The notes below the pieces were generated by a model. That model was not told the origin of the DNA. It saw nothing but the letters and a program-made list of their open reading frames with translations, and did no database searches. Shown here one piece after another: positions 13,337 through 26,400 of a DNA stretch of 64,000 nt (positions are counted from its first letter, which is position 1; the number at the start of each line of letters is the position of its first letter). Both the position numbers and the translations under genes were made by a program. Source of the stretch: Selaginella moellendorffii. Its lineage: Eukaryota; Plantae; Lycopodiophyta. The stretch is from contig NW_003314434.1 of assembly GCF_000143415.4 (NCBI RefSeq), forward strand, positions 104,008 through 168,007, written 5' to 3'.

Positions 13337-14357
13337 ATGGCGCGGAGGTGCTCGCATTGTGGCCACAATGGCCACAACTCGAGGACGTGTCCGGATCGCG
13401 GCATCCGGTTGTTTGGCGTGAGGCTCACGATGAAGGCCACGGACGGCGCGAGCGGCGTAGCGATGCGGAGGAGCGCCAGCGCAGGGAATTTGGTGACAAT
13501 GCAAGCAATCGCGACGCCGACGAGCAGCTCCGCGGTCGCGTCGGAGCAATCTGAGTCGGGCGGCGATGGCTACGCCTCGGATGGGCTCGTCCAGGCGTCG
13601 AGCTACGCGAGAGCGAGGAAGAAAGGTAAATTGCAGCCCAATTCTCGCCCATTCTCGCGATCTCTCGGCTTGGGTCGCTTCCAATCCTCCTCAATTCACG
13701 TCGTCCACACCGCAATTGGCTGAATCTCTCTGGAAATTTTCCAGGTGTTCCGTGGAGGGAGGAAGAACACCGGCTGTTCTTGGTGGGTCTCCACGCGCTG
13801 GGGAAAGGAGATTGGCGGGGGATCTCGAGGAATTACGTGACGAGCAGGACGCCGACGCAGGTCGCGAGCCACGCGCAGAAGTATTTCATCCGCCAGAGCA
13901 ATCTCACCAAGCGCAAGCGCCGCTCCAGCTTGTTTGACATCTCCCCAGAGGTAAGAAGAAGCATCCACTTGTTCTTCCACTGACCTTGGAACAAGGACAG
14001 GCGGATTGTAATCCCCGGAGAAATCTTCGTGGCAAGCAGGCAATGGACGATGCAACGAGCTCGGATCCAAGGGAATCTCCCAGATTCCAAAGGCATCTTC
14101 CACCGCTCGCGCCCCAGGAGGAGAGCATTTCGTCATCTTCCGTGGAAAATCCGCGACAGTGGCTGTGTATATCCACGTCGCCAAATCCAGCGGCGGATAA
14201 GTTAGCGGGGCCTAAGCCCAAAACCCCTGCTAAAACCTTAGCACTGGAGGAGGAACCGGAGGACCTGACGAGGCTAAGCCTCGGCTCCGCCAACTTAGTG
14301 GCCCCGCCTAATCTGGAGAAGCTTGCCCCCACTTCGGAGCCAATAAGCGTAGTTTAA
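13337..14357 (+). CDS. CCHC zinc-knuckle 1R-MYB (SHAQKYF class; MYBS3/KUA1/MYBH-like) transcription factor, 3 exons
   Basis: [24 protein letters not shown] repression motif, KKG|[56 protein letters not shown]-like LTRLSL. Confidence 0.92.
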
Positions 14358-14731
14358 ACCAGACCTTGAAAAACGTACATACCTTTTATTTGACTTTTTA
14401 CTGGAGAAAGGGAATACGAGCAGGAGGAGATATGGCGTATCCAAGCACGTGTTTCGTGTGCCAGGTTTAGGGCAAATATATCTATCAGAATTTACCCTTG
14501 CATTTTGTCCAATGGATAAAGAAATATATATACGGCAGGAGAAAAGATAAAAATGCATTGCAGTTATTTTACCCCTTTTATTATCGCAGTGAGCTGGAGA
14601 GAGTTTTGGCCTAGGTCTGAAATAAAATTAGGGTTTGTGCGTGCGAGTGGAGCTCACAATCGAGGTAAGCGTGCGAGCCCGAGAGCACGGCGCCGGCGCA
14701 TCGCGTGGATTACCAGGAATGCGCGTTCGAA

Positions 14732-17700
14732 ATGGAGGAGATTTCTGGCAGCAGCAGCGGCAACAGCAGCAGCAGCAGCAGCAGCAACAACGGCGGCGAC
14801 GAGTGGGCGGCGAGAGGGCTGGAGAATGAGCCCCATTCCTCCATGCCCGAGTTGGAACAACAGGAGCGCCGGATCCTGAGAGGGAAAGGTCTAGCTCGCA
14901 GCTCCAGCGGCATTAGCGGCAGTGAGGACATTGGAACGAGCTCCACTGCCGCTGGCGCTGGCGAATCGCTCAGGGGGTACCAGAGCAGTGCTGCGTTGAA
15001 GGCTTGCTCGGATTCCCTGTCTCTGGGGTTTGAGTTTGGGGATGTAGATGGTTCCAGGATCGCGGCGGAGATTATCTCGGAGCTTGGGCGGGGGCTTCGC
15101 AATCAAGCCGAGGCACTGAGGATCATGGAAGAGGATACTCCTGAGACCGAGCAGCAGTGTTTTTTGCTAGCGCCTCCGGGAGCTAACAAGTCCCAGCTAC
15201 ACAAGCTTTCCAAGAGGACGAAGCTTGTTACTTTTGCTGCGTAAGTCTTGGTGGTTTTACCTTCCATAAATTCCTTTTGGATTTTTTATGACACCACTGC
15301 AGGCGTAGGAAGACTCGAGAGACGCAGGCTTTTGAGCTACAGATCCAGGAGCTTCGCAGGGAGATGTCTATCGCAGAGAAGGAGGAAGAGAAAATCGTTC
15401 CCATCGCGCCCCGGGAGGTGGAGCCAGAAGAACCTTTTGCTGGAGAGGCTAGGATGGATCTTACAGATGATTTGCTTCACAAGGTAACTTTTGTTTATTG
15501 ATGTGGAGCTAGAATACCTGTTGAAACTGTGCAGGTTTTCTCTTATCTGGATGACGTCTCCTTGTGTCGTGCGGCAATAGTTTGTCGGCAATGGCGTGTC
15601 GCAAGTGCGCACGAGGACTTTTGGAAGATTTTGAATTTTGAAGGCCGACGGGTGACTCCGAAGCAAGGTGACCGCATCAATGTTGCAATTGTTTCTTACA
15701 AAATCTTCTGCAGTGAGAAACTTATGCCAAAGGTATCCCAACGCAATCGAGCTAAACCTGAAATGTAAAATTGTGGAGGATCTACTTGCGCTTGACGCAA
15801 TCCGGAGCCTCAGGTGACGAGTAATTCAAGTGATTACTTTTTCATGCACTCATCCCTGTTTTTTCTTTGAATTTCAGAGCACTGCAGGTTCTTAGCTTGG
15901 GAGAGGGGTTATATGGTGATCCGTTCTTTCACGCTTTATCGGCCGAATGCGCTAGTTTGAGAACTTTGAGTATTTCAGACGCTGTCTTAGGCAGTGGAGC
16001 TTCTCAAGAGATACAGATCCGTCATGACCACTTGCTAAAACTCGATATTGTAAAATGCCGAGTTTTACGAGTTCATGTCCGGTAGGTACAGTGCTAAATG
16101 TTCAAGTTCTTGGTCCGTAACCTTATGTCTCGTTTGCAGAGGTTCACATTTGCAAGGGTTGTCTCTAAGACGCACAGGCACAGCTGCTGTAATACTTCAC
16201 TGTCCTCGACTCTTGCGTCTTGATATATCGTCATGCCATAAGCTTTCTGATACTGGAGTGAGAGCAGCAGCGACAACCTGTCCACTTTTGTCGGAGCTGG
16301 ATATATCTCATTGCTCTTATGTCAGTGATGAAACTCTGCGAGAGATTGCTATCGCGTGCTCAAACTTGAGGTCCCTTGATGCTTCAAATTGTCCTAACAT
16401 TTCTCTTGAAGTAAGCATGAGAGTTGTAAGTTTGCGGATTAAATTCTGAGTCCGATTTTGCAGGGTGTTCGGATGCCAGTGCTCGTTTCTTTGACCCTTG
16501 TCAATTGCGAAGGAATCAATTCCTCGTCTATGACGGCCATCTCTCATTGTTACATGCTCGAAGTAAGTCAAGGATGGACTTTGCACCCTGTTAACTTTAG
16601 TCCTTCTCTTGCAGGAACTTCTTCTTGATTTTTGCTGGTTGCTGACGACGGTATCGCTAGACTTACCGCGCCTAAAGAAGATCAGTTTGACAAACTGTCG
16701 GAAGTAAGTCCTCTTTTGTTTTATGGTCCCTTTCACTTTTTGGCATCTTTCACTTGGATCAGGTTTTCAGAGCTTGCTCTTCGTTCGCCAGCTCTGACAT
16801 CGATCGATGTCACAAAGTGTCCAATGCTCAACAGAATTGATATAAGTTCGAGTAGCCTTCAGGTAAAGTGTCGGCTACGTGTTATAAATTACTTACATTC
16901 TATATACATTTTCTAACAGAAGCTAGTTCTAAATCAACAACAAAACCTGGCGACCATACTTTTGCAATGCCCATCCTTGTACGAGGTCGACTTGACAGAC
17001 TGTGACTCGCTTTCGAACTCTTTATGTGAAGTCTTCAGTAATGGGGGCGGATGCCCGCGATTGAGATCACTTATCCTCGACAGCTGTGAGGTATGTCCTT
17101 TCTGTTTCTCGAAATGGCAAGTGCACATGAGTACGCTGTGCAGGGTCTAACGGCTATAAGGTTATCGAGCTCATCGTTACTTTATTTATCTCTTGCTGGC
17201 TGCCGAACAGTTTCCTCTATCGATCTTCAGTGTCCAGAGCTTCAACGCTTGCTGTTAGATGGATGTGACCATCTCAGTCGGGCAAGCTTAAAACCGGTAT
17301 GTTTTCTTGGTTGGGTAATTGATGACTTAGATGCTGCTGTGTTGTGGCAGGTCGGATTGAGATCCTTAAATCTTGGAATCTGTCCCCACCTGAAAACACT
17401 TGTCATCAGAGCGGATCAGATGGTGGCTCTTGATCTCAGGGGGTGTGGAATTCTTCGCCAGGCGGAAATCATTTGCCCGTCTCTCCTGTCTTTAGATGCT
17501 TCGTACTGCAGGTTTGATCTGATAACACGTACGTTACTTGGTTGTTACTGATGCTGTACTGTGCAGCCAACTAGGAGATGACTGTCTTGCGGCCACGAGT
17601 AATGCATGCTCGCTTATACAGTCCCTTGTTCTGGCGTCATGTCCTTCCGTGGGACCAAGTGGTTTGCTAGCCTTGAAGCAGTTGCCGGGCTTAACAGTTT

Positions 17701-18669
17701 TGGACCTCTCTTACACATTTTTGACCGACTTGTCTCCCATCTACGAAGCATGTCCTCAGTTGGAGGTCAGTGATTATCTTCGGAAAATTGTTGGGTGTTA
17801 AATTTTTTTCTCTCCAGGTCTTGAGGCTCTCTGCGTGTAAATACCTCGCCAACGACGCTTTGGTCGCCTTGCATGGTGGAAAACTACTTCCGGATCTGCA
17901 AGAACTTGATCTTTCGTATGGGAGCCTTGACCGGAATGCAATCGACGGGCTGCTGTCGGAATGTCCCCACCTCAAACACGTCAGTCTCAATGGCTGCTCC
18001 AACGTGTTTGACATCGAGTGGCCGTCTGCAAGCACCGAGGAGGATACCCATATGCACGATGCTGACCGTGAAGAACAGCCAATGGAAGTTTCAGCGGAGA
18101 GGTGCTTGCAGACTTTGAACTGCGTCGGGTGCCCCAACATCAAGAGAGTTTTCATTCCGTCATCGGCTGGTTGCCTCCATCTCTCGATTCTGAACCTCTC
18201 CTTGTCCACCAACATAAAGGAGGTACGACTGGCGTGCACGAACTTGATAGCTTTGAACTTGAGGTATGTGGATCGCATTCGCCTATCACCTTTGCCCTCT
18301 AACTTTGTGTTCTTTTAGTAACTGCCTGTCGCTCATGGATCTTAAACTGGATTGTCCCAAGCTCGTGAGCCTGTGTTTGCAGGTACTTAGTTTTCTTACG
18401 CCCAAAAAAAAAAACCTCTTTTCATCTCACCTCCTCGCTTGTAGGCATCTGGAATCGAGGAAGGCGAGCTGGAAGAAGCCATAAGAGATTGCAGTTTGCT
18501 GGAGACTTTAGACCTTCGGAACTGCCCAAAGGTGTGCCGACTTTCACTTTATTGCTCTTCTTTTCGCTAAAGCTGTTCCTTACAGATACAAACTTCTACC
18601 CTGGTGAAAATACGAGCGATTCGTCCTGGAATAAAGCGACTCTATAACAGTTGGGGGACACCCGGCTAG
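14732..18669 (+). CDS. FBL15: F-box/LRR protein 15 (SLOMO-like), multi-exon
   Basis: MDLTDDLLHK|VFSYLDDVSLCRAAIVCRQWRVASAHEDFWK F-box; LRRs LDISSCHKLSD..VRAAATTCP, GGGCPRLRSLILDSCE, LRSLNLGICP, LQTLNCVGCPNIK; TAG 18667-18669. Confidence 0.9.
14748..14790 (+). repeat. (CAG/CAA)n microsatellite encoding a Ser-rich tract in FBL15 exon 1
   Basis: gcagcagcagcggcaacagcagcagcagcagcagcagcaacaa. Confidence 0.85.
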
Positions 18670-18911
18670 TAGCGCTGCTATTGTACAGGAAAAAGGAACA
18701 AAAGATAGCCGGCGACCAAAGATTATGAAAAGGAAAGGAGCTCCACCATCATCCAAGTGAGTGTGGATGGCTTGTTAGCATTGTTCGTGCTAATAGCCAT
18801 ATAGTTTTGACAGGATATTATTGCCGGATAGCTGCCACAGTGAAAGCCTCAAAAGGTCCATTGTAATATCATAAATTCCCAGTATGTATGTTCAAGCTTC
18901 TTCTTCTGTCT

Positions 18912-19430
18912 TCTTCCGATGGTTCCTTCTGTCTTCTTACATGTGAAAGAAACATGCCGATGAGATATCAAAACTCGAAGCATGAAAACTCTAGTACCTG
19001 GAGCTCGCTAAGTTGCTGCTGCAAATAGACCTTCCGAACCAGTGGAATTTGCGAGAGGTTTTTAAGTGCAGCGAGTTCCTGTTTACAATCTAAAGACTTT
19101 AGTATGAATCACAACGCAAATTCCAACTTGCCTTTTCTAGCTCTGTGAGTTCCAGCGAGTAGGCGTTGGACACACGCGCAGAGAGTTCTTCCGCACGCTG
19201 GATAGCCTCCTTTGCGAGGTTCCCAGTCACCGCAACCAATCGCCTCGTACCCTTGGCGACTCCCTCTTCCGAGACAATAGCAAATGCCTCGGCCTGTCTA
19301 GTGTTCGAGAGGTGCGTTCCTGATAGTCGAATTTAGCGAGCTTTTTCGTTGCTAAACGATATCAACTTACCTCCGCACAGCTCCACCGAATGGGTCACGC
19401 AAGATGGATCATTAAGTTGGCGAGAAAGGA
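18912..19430 (-). pseudogene. Alanyl-tRNA synthetase fragment (tRNA_SAD region + linker exons), intron-containing, without its 5' part
   Basis: HSVELCG|GTHLSNTRQAEAFAIVSEEGVAKGTRRLVAVTG..ELEK|ELAALKN..SELQ|; one GC-AG intron. Confidence 0.85.
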
Positions 19431-19739
19431 GGGAGATAAGCTCGCCAAGGCATGGATCCGCACCATCTTCTGGGTGTGCTACCGCGTCAACCTGCCAGGA
19501 AAAGGCTGCCATCTCCTTCGATGATGCCTGGGAGCTCCACCGGAAATGCACTCCCGGCCAACTCGGCCAGCTCTCTTTCATCGTCAAGCGTCAACGCCGC
19601 GCCTGTGAGCCGATCAACAAGTTTGATGTTCTGAGAGCCTTCTCTCTAGGATTCCCCGCCGTAGCCGTCGAGGACGAGGCTGTGGCTGCAGCCATCCTTA
19701 ACTTAGTTCTCGCATAACGGTACGAGTTCATCTGTTTTA

Positions 19740-19805
19740 CATTTGTTTCATACAGCTCTTGACAATTCTCCCATTTGTTTCATACAGCTCTTGACAACTC
19801 TCCCA
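19740..19805. repeat. 32-bp tandem duplication
   Basis: catttgtttcatacagctcttgacaa(t/c)tctcc x2. Confidence 0.9.
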
Positions 19806-19879
19806 TCTTTAGAACACTACCGCTAATGGTATGGTACTTTTTATTCTTGTTTCGTTCAGCTCTAACAGTTATCGCATTT

Positions 19880-20428
19880 TTAGGATGAAAAAATGTGAGC
19901 AGCGTGCTCCTCGGCTATGAGCATCGCTTTGCTGATTCCATCAACGTTGCTGCCCTGAAACAATATGAACATGTAAACGAGACGAGAAACTAATACAAGG
20001 AAGGAGCTTACTTGTCCCTGAGCAAACATGGACTCGCCACCACTGTTCCCATTCAATGGCTCCAAAGCCTTTCTCAGCCACTCGACAGCGCCGACTCCAT
20101 TCCCCGCCACGAAACTTGGGACTCCAGCGCAGACCAGCACCTTTCTCGCCACTGAATCGACACTGAAGATCATCGTCGCAACGCTCTGAAAATTAGCACA
20201 CCACGGCAAGAAGTCATGATTGGTGATCGATCGAAAACACAGCCTTACTCTCTCGGTGCCTGCTGCAACACCTTCCCGGAGAGCAGTCGTGTCGAGGCCA
20301 ACGTCGACTCTTAGAACGGACCATTTGAGGCCCCGCAAAACTGCCTGATCCACACAGCAAACTGTTGTCTCTATTGCTCTCTGCAGATTCAAGTCCAGAG
20401 CCCGTTGTCTTCCGATGGTTTCTTCTGT
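19880..20428 (-). other. AlaRS C-terminal (C-Ala/DHHA1) exons fused in frame to the end of the minus-strand callose synthase
   Basis: NLQRAIETT..VLRVDVGLDTTALREGV|ATMIFSVD..RKVLVCAGVP..VEWLRKALEPLNG..AQGQ|GSNVDGISKAM; introns 20186-20248 and 19955-20011. Confidence 0.85.
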
Positions 20429-23400
20429 TGTGGTGGTTATGGGGGTTGACAGTAGCACAGATATCTCGAGCCCGCGGCTAAAAGCTTGGTTGAAGAGAAT
20501 GCGCGTGTGGAGTGGAGAGATAAATGGGAACCACGAGAGGAAGATGATGGGAGCGAAGATCACGTAGCCCATGCCGACGTCGTAGCTCCAGGCCCAGACG
20601 GACATGAGCCACCACAGCCTCGCCTTCTTGAGCCATGGTTTGCAAGCTATGCCAATCTGCGAAGAAAGAGTTGGAGGTGATAATGGATTGGAGGGAAGCT
20701 ACACAAAGCTTACGCTGAGAATCCCCCAGCCGGTGGGAATGAGAGCTAGGATGCTCGCTATAACATCCAGGACTTGGAGCCTCAGCGTGAAGACGCATCC
20801 GGTGATGAAGGCAGCGAGAAGAACTATGAATGCAAGGAAGTGAACAAAGCGGAGCTTGTTACTGCTCCTTGGGCTGAGCGACAGGAACTACAAAAGAGAG
20901 AAACGTTTGATTAGCGTGAGAGCTGGCTGGGTTTGGAGCTTACCGCCACTAGCAAGCCTATGCAAACGAACAACACCCATGAACTTGCGTACACCTGACA
21001 GCACAAGCTCTCTTGTTTGTGCATGCTCTTAAAGACGAAAACACAGCTTTTACCAGCAGAGAGATTGTTCCGACACCCGACCTGAGGTGATAAGCCACTC
21101 CAAACTGGATAAGGAAGAAGCGTAAGCTCAGGATGCATTCCACGGCTCTAGCTCGGAAGCCCATCAAATCCGTCTAGCAGAAAGAACAAGAGAAACACGA
21201 AACTAGTAGTTTTCAAGTTGGATAACTTTTCTTGTACCCGTTTTTCCCACCAGGTGGCCCAGCTCTCGTAATCCGGGGCGGAATGGCTCTTGTTTGTAAG
21301 CCAGTTATTCCAGTTGGTTATGTCTTCCACAGTCCTGGAAAAGAAGAATTTATCATTCGTGCAAACAACGCCATCAGACTAACTTACTTTTGCCACTCAA
21401 AGCTGAGTGGATTGAAGAAAAACGGGGCGTAGAGCCAGCATATGGCAAGGAAACCGATGTCCAGAGCCAGTAGAACGTATCCTTTTCTTGTCCGTTGTGC
21501 TCCATATACCACGTAGACGAACAACAGCATTGCTATCTCCAAACTACACGGGGATTAGCTTCGAACGAGGACATAAAAGACGTACCCTTTGACAAAATGG
21601 CTGCGCGAGTAGAAGCGATAGTTCTCAGCAAAATGGACGTGCTCAATGACAAATCCACGCCCAGTGCTGCGATACTGACACACAACATCCATGGTTTAGA
21701 GGAGCTTCGAAGTTAATTCTTTCTTCACTTGCCATTGCACCTCCATGGAGTATCGTCCTACCAAAGTAGTGTGTTCTTGTGGCCAACGAGAAAGCAAAGA
21801 AAATAAACGAGCCCAGCAGCCACATGAGAATGAAGTACTGTAGAGCCTGAAAGTGAATAAAACTGAGCTTGTGAGACATTCCTTGTAAACTTGGAAAACA
21901 TCACCTTGAGAAAGCCTTGCTCCAAAATGTAGCCCGTGACCATGGGAGCGCAGTTTAAGAACCCATACTGAAAAATCGCTTGCGTTGCAAGCACTGATTC
22001 CAGTGCGTTGTTGCCTTCTATGCGAGCCTTTGTCAGCATATCTTTTTCCACCCCCGACAGAACCTTCACAAGAAGACACAGAACTATTACGTGAAGTTGG
22101 GAAGTTTAGGACTACCATGTAAACTTTCCCATACAAGTATGCATAAAGTGCCACGACTATCATCTGTAGAAAAAGAAAAATGAAAAAAGAAAAAAGTCCA
22201 AGTTTACAATGATTTGAATTCATGCTTACCGCTGTAGATATATAGAACCCAACAGATGTATAGTAAAACGACAGCATTCTCCAGAAATCAAAGAATCGTG
22301 CCAAGCGGTAGACGTCCCTGCTGAGGATCTGCTCGCCATTTCCGCTCGAGACTTTGGCCTCAAATGCTGATATTTGATTCAGCCCCAGGTCCCGACCTTT
22401 ACCAACTTGAATATATTCGTGATGGGTCACCATGCCACCTCTGAGTGTAGAATTGTATCCTACAATTGCATTCGATTAGTTCACACCGAGCAGAGGTGTG
22501 ACTTACCAGCAAAGATGTCTTCACTCAAGTTGATGGTTCTCGAGGCTTTGCTGATCCCACCCCTGGTTATGTGAAAGATCCGATCAAACACATCTGGATG
22601 CCCGTAGTGCATTCGTATCCTGCATACAGTATTGTAGAAGGTTGGGAAATGTAAAGCAGGACTTACTTCAATGGATTTGCCATGACTCGTTGGGAGAGAG
22701 TAACAAAGGTGGTTTCCTGATTGGACATGAACCACGCTAGCGATGAAACACTGCAAAAAAAAAAAAAAAAATCAATTTTCAAGTGCGAGTTTGATTTAGT
22801 ACCTTCCAGTAAATACATGCTCTCGGACACCCAAGATGGTCGGCACTTGTCTGTCCGGTTTCTTGTGGGGAGGGCGGAATTCCTCAAGTAAGTTTCGCAT
22901 TTTTAAAGCCTCCTCAAAGTAATTGTCCTAGACGGAAACAATTATCAAAACGGTAAAGATTAAGTTATTGCATAGGTCACTTGATTCATGTCAATTGTTT
23001 GCAATGCTTCTCCACGGGTAAAGATGATGGCATGGTTTTGGTTTTCCGGCTTTCCCTCGCCGATGCGAAAATCACCGGGAAGCTCAATGCTGTATATTGT
23101 CTAAAAAGAAAAAAATGAAAATAAAAATAAGAAAGAAGCGACAATCGAGTATTACTTTTATATCTTTCCCATCAAGCATTGCAAGCTTGGATGAATGCGT
23201 TTTCCCATCGTTTCCTACGTCGATATATGCCACTCTTAAAAGTGGATGCCTGTATCACAGAATTCATGTTAGTTCACAAAATCATGGATATTATACTTCT
23301 TCATCAAAAAGTTGATGTCATTTGCTTTAGTGTGCTTGGTTTTTATAAATTCGCCGTATCTTTGAGCAGCTACAATATACGTGAACTTTTGCGCAGGCAC

Positions 23401-26400
23401 GAGGTCTGTGCAATCCAAGTTTAAGTAGCTGCCAAAAGAAAATCGTCGATTAACCAACCTATTAACTCATCACCGTCGCCCCCGGTATGTTGAAACTTCA
23501 AGGCATCATAATAATACATCATTCCTCGAACTGCATACGAAAGATATTGCACAAATCAACAATCAAAGTGATTGAATGTGCACTTACCCGTCCTTGCCAA
23601 AGTCTGGCCACGATATGAAGCCCAAAGTCGGATTTCGTCGTCGTCCTCAGGAAGGCTTTTCTTCCCTATCCTTTTCTTCTCCATCCTTTCGTTAAAATTC
23701 TCCCATTCGTCTGCAACACCATGCTAGCATGCTATCTATAATTCAGCTCACATACCTGAGTAGACAAGCTGGAGATAATATAGCGTGGTAATCCCATCTT
23801 TGTTTTTCGTATGAAGGTCGTTTGTGCTATATACAACTTCCTCATCCAGATATGGTGTCAAAACGCTGCAAGCAGAAGAATATTAAATTTTTTTTGAAGA
23901 GAACACGCCTGTAAAAAGCACCTGAAAGATAGCATTCGATCAACCGATGGAGGCTTTGGCATTTTCATGAGCAACGAGTTGCCAAAGAATAGAAGCCGGC
24001 GTCGGGCTTCTCCGTTTCTAGGAACGTCTAAGACATTTGTTGTCCCGTTTAGCATTTTCTCAAGTCGAAGCTTTTCCACACTCAAAGTGTTCAGCTCCTG
24101 ATCCTGCAAGATAAGTATCAGGGACTGCTTTCTAACGCAAGAAATTTCACTCACATTCCAGTTTACGTGGAGAGTCTTGTCATCCAGCAGATTTTGAACC
24201 ATAGGACTCGTTATCGGTATCCGCATTTTAAGCAGATGAGTAGCTTCCTCGTTGTATATGCCATGTTTCCAGTTATTATAGTACTTTTCTTTCAACTCGT
24301 TCGTCCTATATAGGCAATTGAGGGCCAAGTTCCAATATGGAGCTAACATTACCACACGCCAAGCCGGTCAAGGATTTCTCCAACGGTGAAGAATATTTCT
24401 TTGATAGCATCTCGGAGATAGCCTTCTTTGCTGAGACTTCTTAAAAGCTCGTTATGGTCTTTTCTATCAGCCAATGACACAGCAAGTTGCACCTTATTCC
24501 ACAAGAAGATCATATCAAAAACGAGTTTACTGATTCCTAAAGAGGTTACCTCATTGACTACAATAAAAAGAGGCCACCTGTTAACGTTAACCGCACCGTT
24601 TCCAATTGTAAATTCTTTTGGTGGCGGCATTACGAACAGCTCTTTCTCACTGGAACACAAACAGGCCATGAAAAAAAGAAGTGATAGAATTGTGAGAACT
24701 TTACTTGTCACTTAAGTAGTCTTCCTCTCGCAATTTACTGATCAGCTCATTCCAGCACTTGTAAAAAACAGGTTCTCCAGAACCCTCAACTAATCGTTTT
24801 TCAAAATGTTTTGGCATCCTGCGAAACTGCTTGGCAAACATATACATTGACCTCATCTGAAGAGAAAATCACTTTCATAGTTAGCTGGTACCATTTAAAA
24901 CCTGGCATTACCTCTCCAAGGTGGGCGATACCACCAGTTACGCAGCCAAGAATAGCGGAAAATACGACATACCAAATCTGCGTGTCAAGGAAATAAATCT
25001 GCGATGCAATGCATTCCAATTTTAGTACCTTCATCAAAGTATGAAAACATATACTTTCCAGGACTACTGGTGTCCACAAGGCGGCAACGGTGAGAATGTT
25101 GTAATGGTCTGCCGAAGAATCAAGAGAAAATTAAGCTTGGAACAGGACGTGCATGCTCATACTCTTGGAAATAAAGTCGTGCCAAACATAATTCGCATCT
25201 CTCATCATGATAATAGAGCGCGTTGGCTTAACCAAAGGTACTATCTGAAGGCAATTCGATAAGTAATCGTGGCATAAATAAAAAAAAACCTTGAAACTTC
25301 TCACTTGTGTCTTATAGCTAACAAAAAACTTGGCAGCGAGCAGAACTATCCAAAAGGACGCGTACCTGACATCACGAATTGACATAGAAAGGAGGACTAG
25401 AATAGACATTATACATACTTAAGGAAATCCAATGGTCTTACTTGCATGCCACTCCCGATAAAGTACCTTTCCTGTTTTACACTTCTTAGAGCTTACCAAA
25501 AGCAAATTACAAACCTTGAATATCCATTTGAGCCATGTAACAGATTTCCCTTTATCAGTGGGGAAAAAGCTCAAGAGGGAGTGGCCGATTGCATGAGCCA
25601 AATGCGCTACGAGATAAAATGACGCCACATACTCGTAAATCTTAAAATAGTCGACAGAAGTTTCAGGTTCATTTTCTTGAAAGCTCTTGCTGGAAACGAG
25701 GGGTAAGAAAACGTATCAGAAACATTCCTTACATAGAAAGAAAGGTTTGGATCCCTGTTGCAACACCGTAGAAAAGAAACTGGAGAGCAATCCTCACATT
25801 GTGCTTTACATAAGCACCATAGGTAAAGACGATGTCGAGAGTGGCTGCACACGAAGTGTAAGATCTTAATAAAAGCCAAAGGCTTCTGGCTTACACTGGA
25901 AAAACATCAAGAAGGCATGAGTAGGACCAAAAAGTAAAAGGTATTTGAGCTTAAGGCTTTGAGTGAACGCAATTATAAGCAGGGCCTGTGGACATTACCA
26001 GATTACAAGTTCAATACACCAAAGTGGCACCAACCTGCAGCATGATTGTGAAGAAAATCCAAAGCCTGTGAAAGCTATGGAAAATATGAAGAAAAGTGCG
26101 ATGCTCGATAAAATTGACTTTTTTCTTGCGTCGCCATTTCTCTAATCCGGGGACTGTTATGACCAAAGAAAGATTGTTATCATCCCATGTGAAGACTTTC
26201 AAGCACTGAGAGGACCTGGAAACAACAAACAGCTTTGGTACAAAGAATTATGAAAATTACCAACCAGAATAGCTCGTTCAGATCATCGTAGTTTGCAATC
26301 CTTCTATGAGAAATAATGGGACTTGGTTTGCGATCTTTTTCCTCCTTCAAAATCGAATAGACGGGCGTAATCACGCTCTCGAGAAACCCATTTTTGGCTT

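Noticed and set aside
18912-20428. A functional standalone alanyl-tRNA synthetase gene
   Set aside because: The aminoacylation domain is absent and the exon blocks are out of order
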